Shown in pieces: positions 5,593 through 5,947 of a stretch of 5,947 bases of DNA. Below the pieces are notes generated by a model. The model saw only the letters and a program-made list of their open reading frames with translations. It did no database searches and was not told where the DNA came from. A program made the position numbers and the translations under genes. This DNA comes from Octopus sinensis (Eukaryota). The stretch lies in the NCBI RefSeq assembly GCF_006345805.1, contig NW_021829576.1, positions 1 to 5,947 of the forward strand, read 5' to 3'. How positions within the stretch are numbered: position 1 is the stretch's first letter; each line of letters opens with the position of its first letter.

Positions 5593-5947
5593 GGTATTTC
5601 GTCTGCCGTTACGTTGTGAGTTCAAATTCCGCCGAGGTCGACTTTGCCTTTCATCGTTTCGGGGTCGATAAATTAAGTACCAGTTACGCACTGGGGTCGA
5701 TGTAATCGACTTAATACCTATGTCTGTCCTTGTTTGTTCCCTCTATGTTTAGCCCCTTGTGGGTAATAAAGAAATAGGTATTTCGTATGCCGCTACGTTC
5801 TGAGTTCAAATTCCGCCGAGGTCGACTTTGCCATTCATCCTTTCGGGGTCGATTAAATAAGTACCAATTACGCACTGGGGTCGATATAATCGACTTAATC
5901 CGTTTGTCTGTCCTTGATTGTCCTTTCTGTGTTTAACCCCTTGTGGT
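5409..5947 (+). repeat. 184-bp tandem array of SINE body units (at least 2.9 copies, continues past the window edge)
   Basis: Units start GGTATTTCG at 5409, 5593 and 5777, a period of exactly 184. Unit 1 versus unit 2: 4 differences in 184. Unit 1 versus unit 3: 15 differences in 171. Confidence 0.97.

Noticed and set aside
5409-5947. CRISPR-like or satellite interpretation of the array
   Set aside because: There are no unique spacers, the units are SINE-derived and the context is eukaryotic.

Overview
AT-rich eukaryotic non-coding DNA (intron or intergenic) built mostly from nested mobile elements and microsatellites. No intact protein-coding gene is supported. The SINE families look like ones I recall from octopus genomes; that assignment is from memory, not a database search. 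The window holds two internally deleted Tc1/mariner-superfamily MITEs (214-576 and 3894-4459), each with TIRs and a transposase C-terminal remnant. It also holds at least four tRNA-derived SINE families (my labels A-D) in about seven full or partial copies, and many simple repeats. At the right edge, one family-C SINE head is followed by a 184-bp tandem array of headless body units that runs off the window. The best leads are this array and its palindromic junction, the microhomology or duplication scars at several deletion junctions, and the use of microsatellites as insertion sites.
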